54,427 bases of DNA. It comes from Burkholderiales bacterium. Lineage in GTDB: Bacteria; Pseudomonadota; Gammaproteobacteria; Burkholderiales; JAEUMW01. This document shows positions 53,540 through 54,427 of this stretch, one piece after another (the stretch's first letter is position 1; each line of letters begins with the position of its first letter). The stretch covers positions 1 through 54,427 of the forward strand of contig JBEVOI010000249.1 of NCBI GenBank assembly GCA_040507665.1. The letters run 5' to 3'. The notes beneath the pieces are model-generated. The model was not told the DNA's origin. It saw only the letters and a list, made by a program, of their open reading frames with translations, and did not search any database. The position numbers and the translations under genes are program-made.

Positions 53540-54391
53540 ATGACCACTGCTATTGCTTCCCCCCTGCCTTCACCCGTTGCAAGCCTGGATGCCTATATCC
53601 AGACCATCAATCGATTCCCGATTCTGAGCCAGGAACGGGAGACGGAATTGGCTTGGCGCTGGAAACGGGACAGCGAACTCGAGGCCGCGCGCGAACTGGT
53701 GTTGTCGCACCTGCGTGTGGTGGTCGCGATCGCCCGGGGTTACCACGGTTACGGACTGCCGCAGGCCGACCTGATTCAGGAGGGTAACATCGGCCTCATG
53801 AAGGCCGTAAAGCGCTTCGACCCCGAGCGGGGGGTCCGGCTCGTGTCGTTCGCCGTGCACTGGATCAAGGCGGAAATCCACGAGTTCATCCTGCGCAATT
53901 GGCGCATCGTGAAAGTCGCGACCACCAAGGCCCAGCGCAAGCTCTTCTTCAACCTGCGCAGCATGAAGCGTGGGCTGGGCGCCCTTGGCTCCTCCGAGGC
54001 CACTGCCATGGCACGACAACTCGGGGTCAAGCCGGAGGAGGTGTTCGAGATGGAGACCCGCCTCACGGGTCAGGACATCGCGCTCGAGCCTGTGAGCGAC
54101 GACGAAGAAAGCTTTGCTCCGATCTCGTACCTCGCCGACCCGGACGCGGAACCCGGCCGCATCCTAGAGCATGACGAAACCGAGCGCGGGCGTGCTGCGG
54201 GTCTGGAGCGCGCCTTGGGCGAACTCGATGCGCGCAGCCGTCGCATCATCCAGGCGCGCTGGCTGACCGAGGACAAGAGCGCTACGCTGCATGATCTGGC
54301 AGCGGAGTTCGGGGTATCTGCCGAGCGCATCCGGCAAATCGAGCAGAAGGCGTTGCAGATGATGAAGGCTCTGATGGCCCCAGCTGCCTGA
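53540..54391 (+). CDS. rpoH: RNA polymerase sigma-32 factor RpoH
   Basis: 283 aa. GGAGGTG SD 9 nt upstream. RpoH box QRKLFFNLR, region 2 LIQEGNIGLMKAVKRFDP, region 4 SAERIRQIEQKAL. Confidence 0.97.
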   Translation: MTTAIASPLPSPVASLDAYIQTINRFPILSQERETELAWRWKRDSELEAARELVLSHLRVVVAIARGYHGYGLPQADLIQEGNIGLMKAVKRFDPERGVRLVSFAVHWIKAEIHEFILRNWRIVKVATTKAQRKLFFNLRSMKRGLGALGSSEATAMARQLGVKPEEVFEMETRLTGQDIALEPVSDDEESFAPISYLADPDAEPGRILEHDETERGRAAGLERALGELDARSRRIIQARWLTEDKSATLHDLAAEFGVSAERIRQIEQKALQMMKALMAPAA

Positions 54392-54427
54392 CTGGGGTTT
54401 CTGCACAAACATAGCGCCGCGATTGTT

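Overview
Visibly GC-rich, gene-dense core-chromosome segment of a beta- or gamma-proteobacterium; the order cannot be determined from sequence alone. Almost every base is explained by conserved housekeeping genes. (1) RNase P RNA, followed by a complete 17-gene division/cell-wall (dcw) cluster, mraZ-rsmH-ftsL-ftsI-murE-murF-mraY-murD-ftsW-murG-murC-murB-ddl-ftsQ-ftsA-ftsZ-lpxC, at 769-19735 on the + strand. (2) A small membrane ORF, a DUF721/DciA-like gene, an M23 peptidase, secA, argJ, a DUF815 ATPase, a Nudix-ThiE-like fusion and a lipoprotein. (3) A minus-strand block: yacG-zapD-coaE-pilD-pilC, corB(yfjD)-like, ypjD. Then ffh on the + strand. (4) A second minus-strand block: dodecin, ychF-pth-rplY-prs-tRNA-Gln-ispE-lolB-TPR lipoprotein. 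(5) A + strand ABC-2/GldG-like/DUF4340 four-gene module, then mutM. (6) Minus strand: ferredoxin-coaD-rsmD-two M16 peptidases. Then ftsY and rpoH on the + strand. I found no CRISPR array, IS element, integrase, prophage or obvious horizontally acquired island. The many long extra ORFs in the six-frame track are antisense or alternate-frame artefacts of GC-rich coding DNA. The only multi-gene unit without an established function is the ABC-2/GldG-like/DUF4340 module at 43178-47074. Its components belong to named but poorly characterised families, so I do not claim a truly novel system. The other findings are regulatory or organisational details: a MraZ operator array, a terminator abutting secA, a sigma-E-like promoter before rpoH, pilCD without pilB, and start-codon problems. 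All are of modest interest.
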